A DNA stretch of 63,575 bases, the filler included, from Octopus bimaculoides (taxonomy: Eukaryota), in NCBI RefSeq assembly GCF_001194135.2. It is 7 parts of 6 records of this genome, joined end to end, with 100 filler letters (N's around TTAATTAATTAA, not from the genome) between each part and the next. Parts side by side here need not be neighbours in the genome. Positions count along the whole stretch, not along the records: positions 48,532 to 63,575 come from NC_068985.1; 6 more parts are not named here. The stretch is one strand, 5' to 3'. The position numbers were made by a program, and so were the translations under genes. This document shows, piece by piece, positions 50,833 to 63,229 of this stretch (position 1 is the first letter of the stretch; the number at the start of each line of letters is the position of its first letter). The notes under the pieces are model-generated. The model was not told where the DNA came from, ran no database searches, and was given only the letters and a program-made list of their open reading frames with translations.

Positions 50833-52270
50833 CTGCAAAAGAAAGGTTATATTTGAAACAGGTCAGAAAATTATGTAAAGCTTGTGATATAAAGATAATT
50901 TCATTTTTTTAGTATATTTTAAACTGATGTTACTAACTCAGTCATATCAATTTAGTAACATACTCACTTGAATGCTATTTCATTTATGACAATTTTTTTA
51001 ACAGGGTATTAATAGGTATAATTTGAACAAAATACAACTAACTTCATTTAATATGAACCGTCACTATCTGGAATAACAATGGTGCTGCTATTTTACAAAT
51101 TACTTAGCATGTTGGATTGTGACAAGCTTCATTATCATAAACCTGTCCTGGACAACCAAATTTCTTGATCCAGACCATAGTCTACGCGCTTGGGATTCAA
51201 TTTACAATCAGAGTATGTAATGGATTCACTTGAAAGATTTGATAAATGTATTAGCATGTTAAATAACTTGTGTCATACAAGCACAAAGTATATGTAATAT
51301 ATTTACTCTTGTAAACCTCAACTAATTTAATATTAACAGAGTATAGAAGAACATAGGGGAAATATGCTTTTGCTTTGCTCTGAGAAATGAAACCCAACTA
51401 GTATATAAACATTTAGAAATTTATAGCAAATTAATTACTTCCAAGAGAAATTATATTTTCTACTGTTTTCATCTTAACATTCATTTTCAAGCTGATAGTT
51501 GGACAAGTGTGAAATGCAGGATCTCCCCATGCAATTCTTATAAAGTGAATTAAACAGTATTGTAGAATACCAATTATTTAATTTATTGTACTGGTTTCAG
51601 TCATTATCCTCAGCATGAAGCAATGCTTTGAAAGATATAATTAAATACAACTTCAGTATTTAACTCATACTTATTTTGACCTCAAAAGGCAGACAGGCAA
51701 AACTGACTAAAGCACGATTTAAACTTAAAAGAATATAAGCTAATGTCATCTAGCATTGACAATAAACATGATTAATCTTGATCTCAAGCAAAATCCTGTC
51801 ATTAAAAGTTAAAATATTCCTTAATAAGCATTTTAACAGTCTCTACTAACAGAATTAGCAGATACTAAGAAACTAACTATGCACTCTAAATTAAATGCAA
51901 TAAAATTTTAAATGATAAATCACATCTTAAATATATAATTCAAAGGCTGTATAAAATCAATATGCAACGGAATCAGCTTTTCAGGCTCTTTAACTCTTTT
52001 AATACCACTTGTCTAAAACTGTCCTTGGTTTTATAAATTTCCTATTTTAGAGTGATGTAAATTAAAACCTTCTTTCAAAATTTCATGTTACTTTGTTCCA
52101 AACACCAAGTGACAAAATTATTTTACTATTGAAACAAAAGCACTGTATTTCAACAGAAATATAGTAATGAAAGTGTTACGATACCATTAATATTCTAGTT
52201 AGAAATTCTATATGCCTTATCAATATACTACCAAAAGTAAATTATATAGGAGAAGAGTTACAACACTTAC

Positions 52271-52412
52271 AAGTAAGGACATCCTTAAATACAATATATT
52301 CATCAATAAGACAGTCTTCATCATCCAAAGGAGTCAAATAACTTTCTAATGCAGTTTCATCGGCACCGTCTTCTGTGAAGTCATCATCTGTGTCTTCATC
52401 TGATTGTTGGCA
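52271..52412 (-). CDS. IPO7: Importin-7 exon (CQQSDEDTDDDFTEDGADETALESYLTPLDDEDCLIDEYIVFKDVLT)
   Basis: Acceptor aattttag, donor GTAAGT, 142 bp, phase 0 to 1. Matches IPO7 AEETALEGYST..DDED..VDEY.IFK. Confidence 0.93.
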
Positions 52413-52903
52413 CTAAAATTATATGAAAATTAGTTAAGTTCAACAGGTAAATGAAATCATTTATGAAGCAGTAATAGAAAAAAAACCAAGACCTACCATA
52501 TCATGATATTAAATTATATTTTAAGCACAATATACTTTTATCATTTAAATATATTGATATTTTGTTTCTAGATTATGCATGATAGTATATGACAGTGTTT
52601 CTAGTCTCAAACATTCCATACTCATGGAACCAAACATTTATTGATAAAAATATTTTACTACTATTATCTACATACTTTTAAAACACTAGCATACTACATT
52701 TTGTTTCTCTGAAATTAGCCACAGAGCTAATGCAATTAATAGCTAATGCAAAACAGTTCTGAGTAACACTGTTTGAAAGACTAGTATGAATACAAAATAT
52801 TTCAAAATTTGAAAAGGGAAAGACAACTCAAAACACAAAGTACTTCATGAAGATGGCAAAAACATGAAAAAGTCAAACTGACAAAGCAAAACACTACACT
52901 AAC

Positions 52904-52971
52904 CTTTTCTAGTTTCTCAATATATTCCTGACCTTCTTCATTGATTTCATCTTCATCACTTTCCAAAATAT
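52904..52971 (-). CDS. IPO7: Importin-7 exon (DILESDEDEINEEGQEYIEKLEK)
   Basis: Acceptor catgacag, donor GTTAGT, 68 bp, phase 1 to 0. Matches IPO7 L.SDEDDIDEDGQEYLE.L. Confidence 0.92.
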
Positions 52972-53470
52972 CTGTCATGTAAAAAAGAAAAACATCAACT
53001 TCAAATTCACACAACAGTGAAGCTGATGATTATGTTCATCACCATATTACTGTTTTATTGTACTCTCTGTTCCATGCTGACAGGAGGTGAATAAGTCAGC
53101 AATACATTCGCCCTTTCATCACTAAGGCAGCCATAGCCAGCTGAGTATTTTATTGGTGAATGTTACCAACCCAGCTGAAATAACCTCATCATATTTAGAT
53201 GAGAACTTCAGTGCATTTGTGAAAACATGTGATTTCACTACATAAACAATTGAGTTACTGTATCCAACATTATTTGGTGTGATATTTGACCTTTGTGAAC
53301 TTTTAGATCTTGCATTTCTTTTTTTACATCGATATTTTTGAAAACTTTTAATACTGACAAACAATGGATACCAGTTCCACGTTGTCAAGTAGTAAATCAA
53401 AACTTGAAGGATTTTCAACTGAACACATGGAAAATCAAGCAAAATATAGAGCAAACACAAAAACCACAAC

Positions 53471-54089
53471 ATGCCTGAATATGAATCAGATATTTCTAAT
53501 TCACTAAGTGATTCTGATGATTACTAAGCTACAAAAAATGTATTTATAACTAAATGGAGTAATAGTTTGAAAAATTGTTTTTCTTACTGATTTTTCTGAA
53601 AAGACTGGACCTAGTCACAGTCTTTCCTAAGAGATAAAGGCATTAGACTTTTTTTTTTAATTCTTCCTCTTTGTTTGAAACAATTACTGTGGGAACTAAT
53701 CCTTACACAAAATATAAGCAAAGACATAAGATAGTTTGTGGTCTCCCACATGGTTAATTGAAATCTAAGCATCTTTTGCAATCAAAATAAATATGAGTAT
53801 AAGAAAGTTACCAAAATAATGAACTACTGAAGCAGCAATGAACATTTTTCTAGACCAATGTTTCCAGTATTATTAAATGGACAAATTTCTTTTTAAATTA
53901 TCACAGTACCTACATATAAGAGATACTGGCAATACCCCAGTCTGTGGAGAACCAAACTTTGATTCAATATTTAAAATAAGACCCTTTATCAACTGCATTC
54001 AAAATGCATATAAAACATTGTACAGACCAGGAAAATACCTAACTATCGATGAGGGTATGGTGGAATATAAAGGTAGAGTACATTTCTGA
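53471..54089 (+). mobile_element. Decayed piggyBac (PGBD4-like) transposase fragment in an IPO7 intron, antisense to the gene
   Basis: DSIFKIRPFINCIQNAYKTLYRPGKYLTIDEGMVEYKGRVHF includes the first catalytic Asp (TIDE). Upstream acidic and DFSEKTGP segments carry stops. Confidence 0.8.
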
Positions 54090-54704
54090 GCTACAGTAGT
54101 TGCAAGTAGGAAAGGGATGCTACTGGATATAAAAAAAGCAAAATTGGAAATTTATGAGAATAAGTACATCTCCCAGAATTCAGTTTTTGATGACATCAAA
54201 AATTATAATAAACCGACAATGGTAGAATTAAGTTTCTGTATTCTATAAAATAAAAGCATCTGAAATTATTAACTCTATTAAAATATTTGTAGAAATACAA
54301 GCATTTCTTTCAATTAATTTTGAAATTAAGTACAGGCCTTTCAATTAATTTTGAAACTAATGAAGAAATGAAGAAATTTTGATGAACAGTTTTAATTTAG
54401 AAACCAGAAGTTTGTATCACAAAACCAGGAATAGTCTCGGGCAACTTAGTATCAAGAGTTTAGTAGTCATATCAGAGTACAGTAATCCCTCGCAGGTGTT
54501 ACATTCCAAAACCTTCCACAGTAATAATTAAAATCTAAAAAGCAAATACCTATCAGCCACAGAAACCCATGATATACTGACAAGTCCGCAATATAAATTT
54601 ACATATATTAGCCAGAAAAATCTGTGATGTACTGAGTGCGCAATACATGAACCACAATATGGTGAGGGATTACTGTAACTGAATCAGAAAAATTTCTTTA
54701 ATAC

Positions 54705-54767
54705 CTTGCTCTCCATCTTCCAATTCATCTTCTTCCTCCTCCTCAGAGTCCAATTCCTGAGCTTTAC
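54705..54767 (-). CDS. IPO7: Importin-7 exon, acidic loop (SKAQELDSEEEEEDELEDGEQ)
   Basis: Acceptor cgttttag, donor GTATTA, 63 bp, phase 1 to 1. Acidic stretch at the expected position and in frame with both neighbours. Confidence 0.85.
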
Positions 54768-55240
54768 CTAAAACGAAGTTTGAAAATTTTTAGATATTAA
54801 AAAAAAAAAAAAAAATTAATAAACATAAAACATTATTATTACTGCAACAATCCAGTTTACATATCTTTAAATGACCTTCAATTTAGGATATAGATCTGAT
54901 CCCTTAACATATGATTCCTTGTGGAAAGACACACAAAATTTGATGATTCAGTGCTCCACTTAAATTTTAAAATATTTCCTTTATGTACATTTCTCATCAG
55001 ATTCACTTCAGGAACAATGATGAATACATGATAGTAATATTCAGAATCTTTCATTAGAAATTTCTAGTGCAATACAAAATTTAAAGCAGTCGTGGGCACC
55101 ACTCTTCTCCCTGACTAAGCCTTATACATAATTATTAAGCTATTAAAATTAGAAATACTTATATTTTAAATAAATGCATGAGAAAATTTCAGAACTTAGA
55201 ACAAGAAAAAAATTTGCAATTTCTTATAAGGATAACTTAC

Positions 55241-55386
55241 TGGCATAAGCTCGTTTCAATCCTTTGAAAAGTAACAACACTGCTGGAAGGATATGTCGAG
55301 CTATTTCAGTGATTTCATTAGGTCTATTTCCTGGTGTATTAATTAATGAACACAGACCAAGGACACTTACTTTTCGGTCATGGAGA
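55241..55386 (-). CDS. IPO7: Importin-7 exon ([48 protein letters not shown])
   Basis: Acceptor ttctctttag, donor GTAAGT, 146 bp, phase 2 to 1. Matches IPO7 LHDRK..VLGLC...ILP...LLF.GLKRAYA. Confidence 0.95.
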
Positions 55387-55593
55387 CTAAAGAGAATTAA
55401 AGGAAAATTTGAGAGTCAACAATCAAGGTATTACATTGAAGTAAACACTATTTTAAAAGTATGTAATCAATAACACAGAAGAAAGCTTGTCAAGAGATTA
55501 ACTGGTGAAATATTTCAGTTCTAATTTTACTATTTGCAAAACAGAAAAGTTACATTTAAAAAAGAACTATAAGGAAGAAAAACAAAACCGTAC

Positions 55594-55814
55594 CCAAGGA
55601 AACAGTCAATGTCACCAAGCCAGTAATTGAGAAATTGTGAAGTTATGGAACATGTAACATTGGGAATATGTATTTTCTGGAGAGTTTGAAATAACAATGG
55701 TGGATTGTAATAAAGAGCAGCAATAACAACTTGTAAACACATTGTCCTCAGTTCTGATGTTTTTACTTCTTTGGTTAATCGTTTTAAAGCTAGTTCAACA
55801 AATGATGGTACAAC
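55594..55814 (-). CDS. IPO7: Importin-7 exon ([38 protein letters not shown]...[10 protein letters not shown])
   Basis: Acceptor ttttgtag, donor GTACGG, 221 bp, phase 0 to 2. Matches IPO7 [23 protein letters not shown]...DVDCFLG. Confidence 0.95.
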
Positions 55815-56016
55815 CTACAAATTAGATATAGAAGAATAGAGCAAGAATTAATACATTCAGCCTCAACATTTGTATATTCTATTTCAGTAGTATTTAATTT
55901 AAAGATCAATTGATAAAATACAAAATTCTCTATGTTTTCACAAGTAATCAGTTTATCTAAAAGGCAGCATCATATAAAAACTATTCAGTAGTGATAAAAA
56001 TAATTTACAAAGTTAC

Positions 56017-56109
56017 CTGATCAACTTGTCCTTTACATTGCAAAAGAATAACTTCAAGGAGTTTAGCAGCATGACACTCTGCATCTTCTCCTATATCAGC
56101 AAATAACAC
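56017..56109 (-). CDS. IPO7: Importin-7 exon ([31 protein letters not shown])
   Basis: Acceptor attttcag, donor GTAACT, 93 bp, phase 0 to 0. Contains [21 protein letters not shown]-like IPO7 motif. Confidence 0.95.
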
Positions 56110-57654
56110 CTGAAAATAATTAACAATTAGGCATTGTCTTAAGTATGCTGGTTTAAAAGAAATGCTGATAAATACAAAGAAGCATATACTTTTTAAATCT
56201 TTGCATATGTGTGTGAGAGGGGTGGGGGATGTCACGAGTTTAAGCAGTCTAGAAAAACAGAGAAAGGCCATCTACAAAAAAATATTAGTAACATATCAAT
56301 AACCTTCCAACAGTTCAAAACTCTACATTGGGACACATACCACTAGAAAAAAATGCAAAGTAACAGCAACTGTTGCACTTGAGTGAATCCAAGTAGCCTA
56401 TCACAAGACTAGACTTTAAGAATCAACTAGACAACAAGGAGAATGAAGCAGGACCAGATTTCCACACTTACTCCATATAATGAACCACTACACATCAGGG
56501 TGAGCTGTGAGATCCTCAATGAGGTGGAGGTACAATATATCAGAAATACTAGACCTGTGAATCTAGAGTGACTATATGTGAGTCAACAAGGAAGCTTTTA
56601 CATGGTTATTCAGCCTGCTGGAAATAGCAGCCAAATCTCCCTCACGTAACACCATACTACTTAAATGATACATACATTGGACAATGTTGACCTGGTATAC
56701 AAAAAGACAAGATCGAGATGACTAGTCTGCTCAATTATGGCTGACCTAATGTTAACTGACTATATACCATACATCTGCTCAGAGTTGATTGCTACTGCAC
56801 AACCCCCTTTTTATTGATTATCTTGTGTTGCATCTTAACAATTTCTCAACTAATGAGAAACTATATTACAATTCTTATTAACTATCAAAGTAACGTTTGA
56901 ATTAGCATAGTGAGTATACAATAGTTAACTTTAAGTAGTCAAATTAACAAATCTTAAACTTTTGTAATTGATGTCAACATTTTCCAGCGAACTGGCAGGT
57001 TTTACTTCAAAAGATAATGAAAATATGAGAGAAAGTATATCAATTTCATTAAAAGTCAATACAAATCTGAAGGTTTTCTCTGTGGCTATTCAATACACGA
57101 AGAGAAAACCATCTTAATTTTACTATAAATTACTGTAGCGGAAAAAATGAAAGCAATACTTTTTGTTGCCAACCCACCTAAGTACATGTTACTAACTTAC
57201 CCAACTACACTAATGGCTAATTTAATAAATATTTAAATGGTGTTTCCTCACCCACCCCATGAGTCAATGAGTCAGAAGAAAAGCAACATTCATGGCCCTG
57301 CTGAGGAAGAGAGGAACTTATACTCAAACCTGACTCCACTGAAGAGAGTCAAGGGCCAGATTGTGATATGGATTCATATGCCATATTGGCGTATTTCATT
57401 AATTATTACTTGTTTGCTTAGTTTATTGCTTTAAAAGCAATTTACTTAAAATTTCATATAGCATTAAAAAGAACTAATCTTCAACTAAGTTTCCAAATGG
57501 TTGCAGAGGCAATGAAAAATAAAATGTACAAAATCAGAAAGTAAATTTTTATATTTGCTACCATATTTCTATTGAAATACAGTCTTTACTTCAATTAACT
57601 CTGAAAATACTCAAGAACTTAGTAAAGAGATGTCTATAATAAATTAACAAGACA

Positions 57655-58485
57655 TCTTTTTACTTATTTCAGTCTTTGGACTGCAGCCATGCTGGGGCAC
57701 TGGCTTGAATTTTTAATCAAATGAATTAACCCCCACACTAATTTTCTTTTTCTTTTAAAGCCTAGTAACTTATTCTATCAGTTTCTTTTTGCCAAACTGC
57801 TAAGTTACAGGGAACATAAAGACACCAACACTGGCTGTCAAGCAGTGGTGGATCGTTGCCGGTGCCCCTGGACTAGCTCTTGTGCGGGTGACACAACAAA
57901 TTTTTCGAGCGAGACCGTTGCCAGTGCCCCTGGACTGGCTCTTGTGCGGGACCGTTGTAGGATTTTCAAGCGAGATCGTTGCTGGTTCCCCTGGACTGGC
58001 TCATGTGCAGGCGACACATGAATTTTTTNNNNNNNNNNNNNNNNTTTTTTTTTTTTTTTTTTTTTTGTGCGGGTGGCACATGAAGTGCACCATTTTGAGC
58101 GTGGCCGTTGCCAGTACCGCCTGACTGGCCTTCGTGCGGGTGACACGTAAAAGCACCCACTACACTCTCTGAGTGGTTGGCGTTAGGAAGGGCATCCAGC
58201 TGTAGAAACTCTGCCAAATCAGATTGGAGCCTGGTGTAGCCATCTGGTTTCACCAGTCCTCAGTCAAATCGTCCAACCCATGCTAGCATGGAAAGCGGAC
58301 GCTAAACGACAACGACGACTCAACAAGCTGCTTTCAGTTTCCGTCTGCTAAATCCACTTACAAGGTTTTGGTAGACCTGAGGCTATAGTAGGAAACACTT
58401 GCCCAAGGTGCCACACAGTGAGACTGAACCCGGAGTTATGTGATCGGGACGCAAACTTCTTACCACACAGCCATTCCTGTGCCTA
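57655..58485. mobile_element. Nested insertion: OK-like SINE (-) split by the (GAT)n-tailed family element (+, 57846-58318, about 4 monomers)
   Basis: SINE 3' half at 57655-57845 and 5' half at 58325-58485 flank the inserted element. Confidence 0.8.
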
Positions 58486-58631
58486 TGATGTTTATGGAAG
58501 GTTGTAATTTAACTCACTTTACAACAGGAAGTTTGTTTCATGGAACAAGGGACAGTCTCAAAAGGACTGGCATCAAAAGGGTTAACAATTTTCAATTATA
58601 ATAAAGAAAATGCATCACTAAATATACATAC

Positions 58632-58729
58632 TGTGTTACACATGTTGTAAACAGCTTCCAAGTGTTCTCTTTGCGATAGAAAACTAGGTGTATCCACAGT
58701 TACATAGTTATGCAAAGCTGGCATCATAT
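58632..58729 (-). CDS. IPO7: Importin-7 exon (DMMPALHNYVTVDTPSFLSQREHLEAVYNMCNT)
   Basis: Acceptor aattgtag, donor GTATGT, 98 bp, phase 1 to 0. Matches IPO7 DMMPLLHNYVTVDT. Confidence 0.95.
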
Positions 58730-58838
58730 CTACAATTAAAAAGAAAGGTATTGTTAATCATTTGTTGGTTGAGACTGTTGACACTACTTAACCATTAACG
58801 TTTTCATATTGTTAGAATGAGAACTGTTTTTACCATAA

Positions 58839-59594
58839 CCCTTTAGTGTTCAGATTAATCTGTCAAATGTAATGCTTATTTGTTCACATTATTTGGAATT
58901 ATTCAGGTTCAAGAGGGATGTCCACAATATTTGCTTGTAACTTTGTTAATTTTTTACATACTTATTTGAAATTTTGTCAGTGGCTGCTTATATACCAAAA
59001 GATTATAGTTATGTAATTTTAGCTGATCTTGCTGAATAGATTCGACTTTTATGGGCAGGTAAATTTAATTAACAGGTGTAAAAGCAAGAACATGGATAAA
59101 TACTAAAATTGAAATTCTTAATGCATCATACCTGTTTGATTTGTTACTAAAATTATCCCATATGTCAACTGCCAACATTTTGGCCACTTTTCAAGATTAG
59201 GTACATTAATTAGAATTAATTAAAATACTGGCATAATTGGTACTAGACTATTCTTTCTCCTATATTTCATTCAAACATTTTCATCGAAAATAAAACACAG
59301 AACTCTTTTACTAGTCAATCTACCTTTGGCTATGTATTCTTATACAACTTAATGAATATATTTACATAACAGAATGCATCTAATAAAAAAAAAAGGGCAA
59401 AGGTGAATACAGGTTTGTAACATACTGAAAATGAATATGTATTTTTCAGTTTCACATGCTATAAAATGTAATAAAATGAAAGGAATATATGACAGTATTA
59501 CTATCAAACAACAAAATATAGTTATGCCATATGCCATATCATGAAACTGTCCAAAGCACCCGTAATACAAGGGCATTTTGCAAAACAAACACAT
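58839..59594 (-). mobile_element. piggyBac right-end fragment, paralogous to 62041-62780
   Basis: Starts (a)taa-CCCTTTAGTGTTCAGATTAAT. Collinear with the 62-kb copy over ~750 bp, including the Cys-rich tail codons. Confidence 0.8.
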
Positions 59595-60424
59595 AAAGAA
59601 GGTCTCAACCTGATATGCTTTAACAGTTTTTCTTTTTTGCAGAGTAGACAGTCTACAAACTTATTTCCTTTCATTTATTTTTTCCACTTTATGGAAGTCA
59701 ATATTTTCTCAGTTGACATCCACATCATCATCATTTAACATCCGCTGTTCATGCTGGCATAGGTTGGACGGTTTGACTGGGCTGAATAACCACGTACCAT
59801 TAAGTAATCGAGCTTACATATTAATAGATTTCAGCTTCTATTTTCCCACATCTTGGAAAGAGAAGTGAATCCAGGCTAGTTCAATCCTCAGTCTAGATTT
59901 CTGAAAAACCTATGATTTCACCATAAGACCTTATTTCACAATAGGACACAATGTAATCAGCTTCCTCATCATTCTTATATCTTTTTTATCATACTAGTAG
60001 GAGGTGAATAAGACAGTATTCTATGCTCTTCCTGTTACTAATATCTACCTACAAATGCACGTCAACTAGTTTCTTGCACAAAGTACTAGTTAATCCAAAA
60101 CCTTGAAGACACTTACCCAAGGGACCATGTAGTGGGATAAAACTGTGAACCCTATGGTTCCACAATGATGCCAGTACCCGCAGGTTATTAAATATATAGG
60201 GAAGGCTATGTTCATATTTTTATTTGGCAAATAGTTAAAAAAAAAATAAAACAATATCTGTGAAAATGAATTGAATTGTTAGCCATTTCAGATGCTTGAT
60301 TGGTTAAAACTAATCAGCTACCAAACCAAAAGGTTAAAAGATTAACTACAATTTAGAATAAAACAAATATACAGTTAAGCTTTAGAAGTAAGATAAGTGA
60401 AGGAAATAAGTTTTAGAATCTCAC

Positions 60425-60550
60425 CAGTGAAATAATCTATTCCATCAGTCTGAAACATTTGATACAGCATCCCAAATACTTGCCACATTTGAGGCGAGAT
60501 CTGAGTACTAGTTAGACTACATATCAGAGATAAAACTTCTTCATAAAAAT
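60425..60550 (-). CDS. IPO7: Importin-7 exon ([42 protein letters not shown])
   Basis: Acceptor tctatttcag, donor GTGAGA, 126 bp, phase 1 to 1. Closely matches the IPO7/8 motif EFYEE..SL..SLT..QVSPQMWQ....DGFDYFT. Confidence 0.95.
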
Positions 60551-61829
60551 CTGAAATAGATACATTTTAATAAATAAAAAAGAAACGGTGATAATCATCA
60601 TAAAGATTTCAGAAAGACATTAAAATATCTAAAATTTAAATAGTATTTACAACTAATTACTATCATATTAAGGATACTTAAGTTTCTCTGGAGCTTAAGA
60701 GCAAAGCAATATTAAAACTTCAACTCAAATCCCCTCTTCAGCAAAATACAAAATTTATTTAAACTGCTGCCCTTTACTATGACTTTCAATATACAAACTG
60801 AAGCAAACAAACTAAAATTGAAAACTTGTCAATCTGTTTTCAAGCAAAGTAATATTTTCCCCCGAGTTCAGTGGTGTTTTCAAGGAAGATTGCAAACAGC
60901 ATTACTTGTGTGACAGTGACATTTGTTTACAACTAGCATACACTGTTAAAGCAACACATGCATACACACACACAAACACAAGCTTCTTTTCAGTTTCCAT
61001 CTACAAAATTCACCCAAATACACTGGTTCATCTAGATCTATAGTATAAAACACATTTTTAAAGTACTGTGCAGTGGAAATGAATCCAAAACCGTGTGGTT
61101 ACAAAACATACTACTTAACAATACAAGCGACACCTGTTCCTATAATTGAATGTAAACGTTCATAAATATTCTTCAATGTTAATTATAAGCATTTCAACAA
61201 CTGTCACAATATGCTCCTGTTCTATATTACTGATTTTGTCAGAATCCTTGCAGTGTAAATGTGCTGAACATTTTGTGCAGTCAATTACATGCCACTGTCT
61301 TTTTAACATCATATGCAGCAACAATCGATTTATTGCTTTGAGATATTATCATAAATAATCACATGATTGTCAAATGATGAAATATATCCCAACTCACAAA
61401 ATTCAAAACCTAGACATTTATGTTTTATCCAACTCTCTACTATTTAATTTTATTCAAGGTTATTTTAATTTGTTTTAAGGTTACATTGTTTCAAGATTTT
61501 TATAATTTGCTTCAAGCTATTTAAAAAAATTTTTTAATTTGCTTTTGACTATAATTTATACCCAAAAAGGTATAAAAAGGCTCCTTATTGATTTCTGTAT
61601 GAATTTCAATTTATATTACGTAAGAACAAATTTAAATGCTGAATAATACCATTTATAAAGAATTCATTTACGAAAATTTTCAGTTTAACCTTAAAGATAC
61701 ACGTAAAAAGGAAACACAGTGCTCTTTGAAGAGACGGAGCCATCCATTAATTGGTTGAGAAAATGAAGAGATTTCCAAGGAAAACAATGTTTGAAAGATA
61801 TTAGCAAAAGCAGAGAATATCAAACTTAC

Positions 61830-61896
61830 CAATGATGTTTTGCTGAAGAATCAAGGCCACAACATTGAGTACAATGCCTTCTAGTTGCGACATCAT
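61830..61896 (-). CDS. IPO7: Importin-7 internal exon (MMSQLEGIVLNVVALILQQNII); first IPO7 exon visible in window
   Basis: Acceptor ttccttccag, donor GTAAGT, 67 bp, phase 0 to 1. The peptide resembles the vertebrate IPO7 segment QQLEGICLQVIG (recalled, not searched). Confidence 0.88.
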
Positions 61897-62040
61897 CTGG
61901 AAGGAAGATAAATAAAAGAACCAACAAAAAATCCGACCAAATATACTACAGAGCAAATATTTGAAGTTCAGGATACTTTACAGTGAAATGTTAAGTGAGT
62001 TCGTTTATTGTAAAAATAGATTGGCTAAATGAGAGCTTAA

Positions 62041-63100
62041 CCCTTTAGTGTTCAGATTAATTTGTCAAATGTAATGTTTATCTGTTTACATTAATTTTGA
62101 TTTATTCAGGTTCAAGTGGGGTATCCACAATATTTGCTTGTAATTTTGTTAATCTTTTACATACAAATTTGAAATTTTGTAAATGGGTGCTTATATGTCA
62201 GTGGTGTATAGTTATGTAATTTTAGCAGATATTTCTGATTAAATTTGACTTTTATGGGCAGGTAACAGGTGTAAAAACAATAACATTATGAATAAACACT
62301 AAAATTCATATTCCTAATACATCATATCTGTTTCATTTGTTACTAAAATTATCCCAGACGTCAACCGCCAACAATTTTACATTTTTCAAGATGAGGTACA
62401 TTAATTTGAATTAATTAAAATACAGGTGTAATCGGTACAAGATTTTATTCTTTCTCTATATTTCATTCAAACATTTTCATTGAAAATAAAGTTCAAAACT
62501 CTTTTACTAGTAAATATACCATTGGCTGTGTACTCCTTAAACAATTTAATGAATTCATTTACGTAACAGAATGCATCTAATAAAAAAAGCTCATTAACAG
62601 GTGAAACAAAGGTGAATACAGGTGTGTAACATACTGAAAATTAATATGTATTTCTCACTTTCACATATTATAATAAAATCAAAATGAATATATGATAAAA
62701 TAATATAGTTATGACATATTTCTGTCATGAAACTGCCCAAAGCACCCTTTTACACAAGGGTGCTTTGCAAAAGGAACACAAGTTGGCTGCCATAGTGGAT
62801 CGTTTCTTCCGTGAATAGAAATTATACATTGTGCAAATTTCCTCCGCAACATTTTCAAAAAAACTTTCTGGTAAAAATAAAAACAGATAGTCTAATGGTT
62901 GAGCATCAGGAAATAAATTGTATTGTGGACCAGTGTTTTCTGTAAAATCAGAAATAGTGTTTGGTGTTGTGATATTTGACCATGTTGCCATGTTTATGAT
63001 ATCATTTTCATCACTTTTGTTCTCAAAATCTTCCTCGTCCAACGAATATTCACTAATATCGATATCAGATTCATCTGAAGACAAAATATTCGTTTTCATT
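62041..63100 (-). mobile_element. Internally deleted piggyBac element
   Basis: TTAA (62037-62040) followed by CCCTTT terminus. ORF 62725-63099 joins the acidic N-terminus and DFTENTGP...PLDYLFLFLPESFFENVAEE directly to a C-terminal CSFCKAPLCK. Confidence 0.8.
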
Positions 63101-63229
63101 TATATTTTCTATATCGTTAAGCCTAAAACCTTCAAAGTTGGAATCACTACTTGCTGATATCATTTCATTAAAAACTAAGGTACAGACTTCTCTTCAAACG
63201 TTGCAAAAACCATGTGGTCTAAACAACTT

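Noticed and set aside
56340-56560. Possible intronic H/ACA snoRNA (vertebrate IPO7 hosts SNORA23); an ACA-NNN end is present on the minus strand
   Set aside because: No convincing two-hairpin fold or H box could be established by eye. It needs an Rfam/snoGPS scan.
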